DNA of 63,526 nucleotides, the filler included, from Asterionella formosa (lineage: Eukaryota): the NCBI GenBank assembly GCA_002256025.1. It is 28 parts of 28 records of this genome, joined end to end, with 100 filler letters (N's around TTAATTAATTAA, not from the genome) between each part and the next. Parts side by side here need not be neighbours in the genome. Positions count along the whole stretch, not along the records: positions 61,364 to 63,526 come from NKIB01000301.1; 27 more parts are not named here. One strand, 5' to 3'. Positions 62,179 to 63,526 of this stretch are shown here, piece after piece. The notes under the pieces were generated by a model. That model was not told the origin of the DNA, did no database searches, and worked only from the letters and a program-made list of their open reading frames with translations. The translations under genes were made by a program, and so were the position numbers. Position 1 is the first letter of the stretch, and each line of letters begins with the position of its first letter.

Positions 62179-63238
62179 TTGGCTGAGAATGACAACAACC
62201 ACCAGGTGATGATTGATGATGAAGGAGGTACTGCTATGATTGTGTCTCAGATGGAAAGTCATCCATATAATATCAATATGCAACACTATGGATGTGCAGC
62301 ACTTCAGAACTTGGCTTTGAATGAAAAGAACAGGGTGGCAATTGCTGAAGCAAGAGGTATCACTACGATTCTGTTTGCAATGAAGACTCATTCCCCCAAT
62401 GATGATGTGCAAGAATATGGTTGTGGTGCACTTAGCAACTTGGCTGTTAATAATGACAAGAACAGGGTGACCATTGCTGAAGAAGGAGGTATAATTTTGA
62501 TTCTTTCTGCGATGAAGACTCATTCATCCAAAATTTCTTTGTGCAAGAAGCTGGTTGTAGAGCACTTATTGTCTTGTCTTACAATAATGACAACAACAAG
62601 GTGACAATTGCTAAAGCAGAAGGTATCACAACAATTCTGTCTGCGATAAAGACTCATTCATTCAAAGCTAATGTTCAATATCTTTGTTGTGTAGCACTTT
62701 CTAACTTGGCTGATAATAATGAAAACAACAAGGTGATGATTGCTGCAGCAGGAGGTATCAGTACAATTGTGTTTGTGATGAAGAAGGAGGTATAACTTTG
62801 ATTCTGTCTGCAATGATGACTCATTCATCCATCTTTTTTGTGCAAGAAGTTTGTTGCGGAACAATTTTTGTCTTGTCTTACAATAATGACAAAAACAGGG
62901 TGATGATTGCTGATGCAGGAGGAATTGCGATGATTCTGATTGCAATGAAGACTCATTTATCAAAAGCTGAAGTGCAAGAAGCTGGTTGTAGAGCACTTTT
63001 TGCCTTGCCTTACAATAATGACAACAACAAGGTGACAATTGCTGAAACAGGAGGTATCACTACAATCTTGATGAAGACTCATTCTTCCAATGTGGATGTG
63101 CAACACTATGCAGGAAGTATCACTATGATTCTGTCTGCAATGAAGACTCATTTAATCAATGCTGATGTTCTACTCTATGGTTGTGCAGCACTTTGGATCT
63201 TGGCTGAGTATGAGGACAAGAAAAAGAATGAGGAATGA
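62179..63238 (+). pseudogene. Second ARM-repeat block with frameshifts (near 62533 and 62780) and deletions
   Basis: Same repeat unit spread over three reading frames; about 62405-62780 nearly duplicates 61433-61806. Confidence 0.85.
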
Positions 63239-63526
63239 CAGCATTCTGCTGATTCATTTGCATCATCTCAATAATTGCCTCTATAGGAATTCTACTATAT
63301 TGTGTTGATGGCAAAGGATGTTGCTGAGAAATTGTTGGACCAGGAGGTGCGATATTATCCAGTGAAAGAGGGAACGGTAGCGAAGGACGACGAGGATGAA
63401 GGAGGAGGAGAGTGGTGTGAGTCAATTAACTAACCTGACAAGCTCAAGAGGAGTTTGGAAGGGGGGTATGTTAAAAGAGTGATTATAGTATATTTATAGT
63501 AGACTTTGTAGAGATAGAAAGTAGAG

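Overview
This window is not one locus. It is 28 unrelated short contigs (2184 bp down to 2163 bp, almost perfectly sorted by length) joined by an artificial 100-bp spacer (44 N + TTAATTAATTAA + 44 N), so nothing can be inferred from adjacency across a spacer. The DNA is eukaryotic nuclear sequence, most likely from a diatom (inference from CoDi-type copia elements, bipartite plastid presequences with an AF cleavage motif and short GT-AG introns). It is dominated by transposable-element fragments: Ty1/copia, Ty3/gypsy, PIF/Harbinger, pogo-like, DD39D mariner, Plavaka, and several unclassified repeats. Host-type genes are few: a membrane-anchored PKDCC/VLK-like kinase, an alpha/beta hydrolase, a plastid-targeted CRM/YhbY protein, an SLC13/SLT sulfate transporter, ARM-repeat genes and Crinkler-like genes. 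The most notable signals are (1) repeated TA -> TA-CC..GG-TA micro-insertions between paralogous repeat copies, which point to transposon excision footprints as the source of the pervasive GGTACC/TACCGGTA tracts; (2) a tandem pair of Crinkler-like ubiquitin-header + NTPase + REase genes; (3) a solo LTR with a 6-bp target duplication between two tail-to-tail copia ends; (4) a complete 2.06-kb two-LTR mini-gypsy. Family assignments come from motif recognition by eye; no searches were run.
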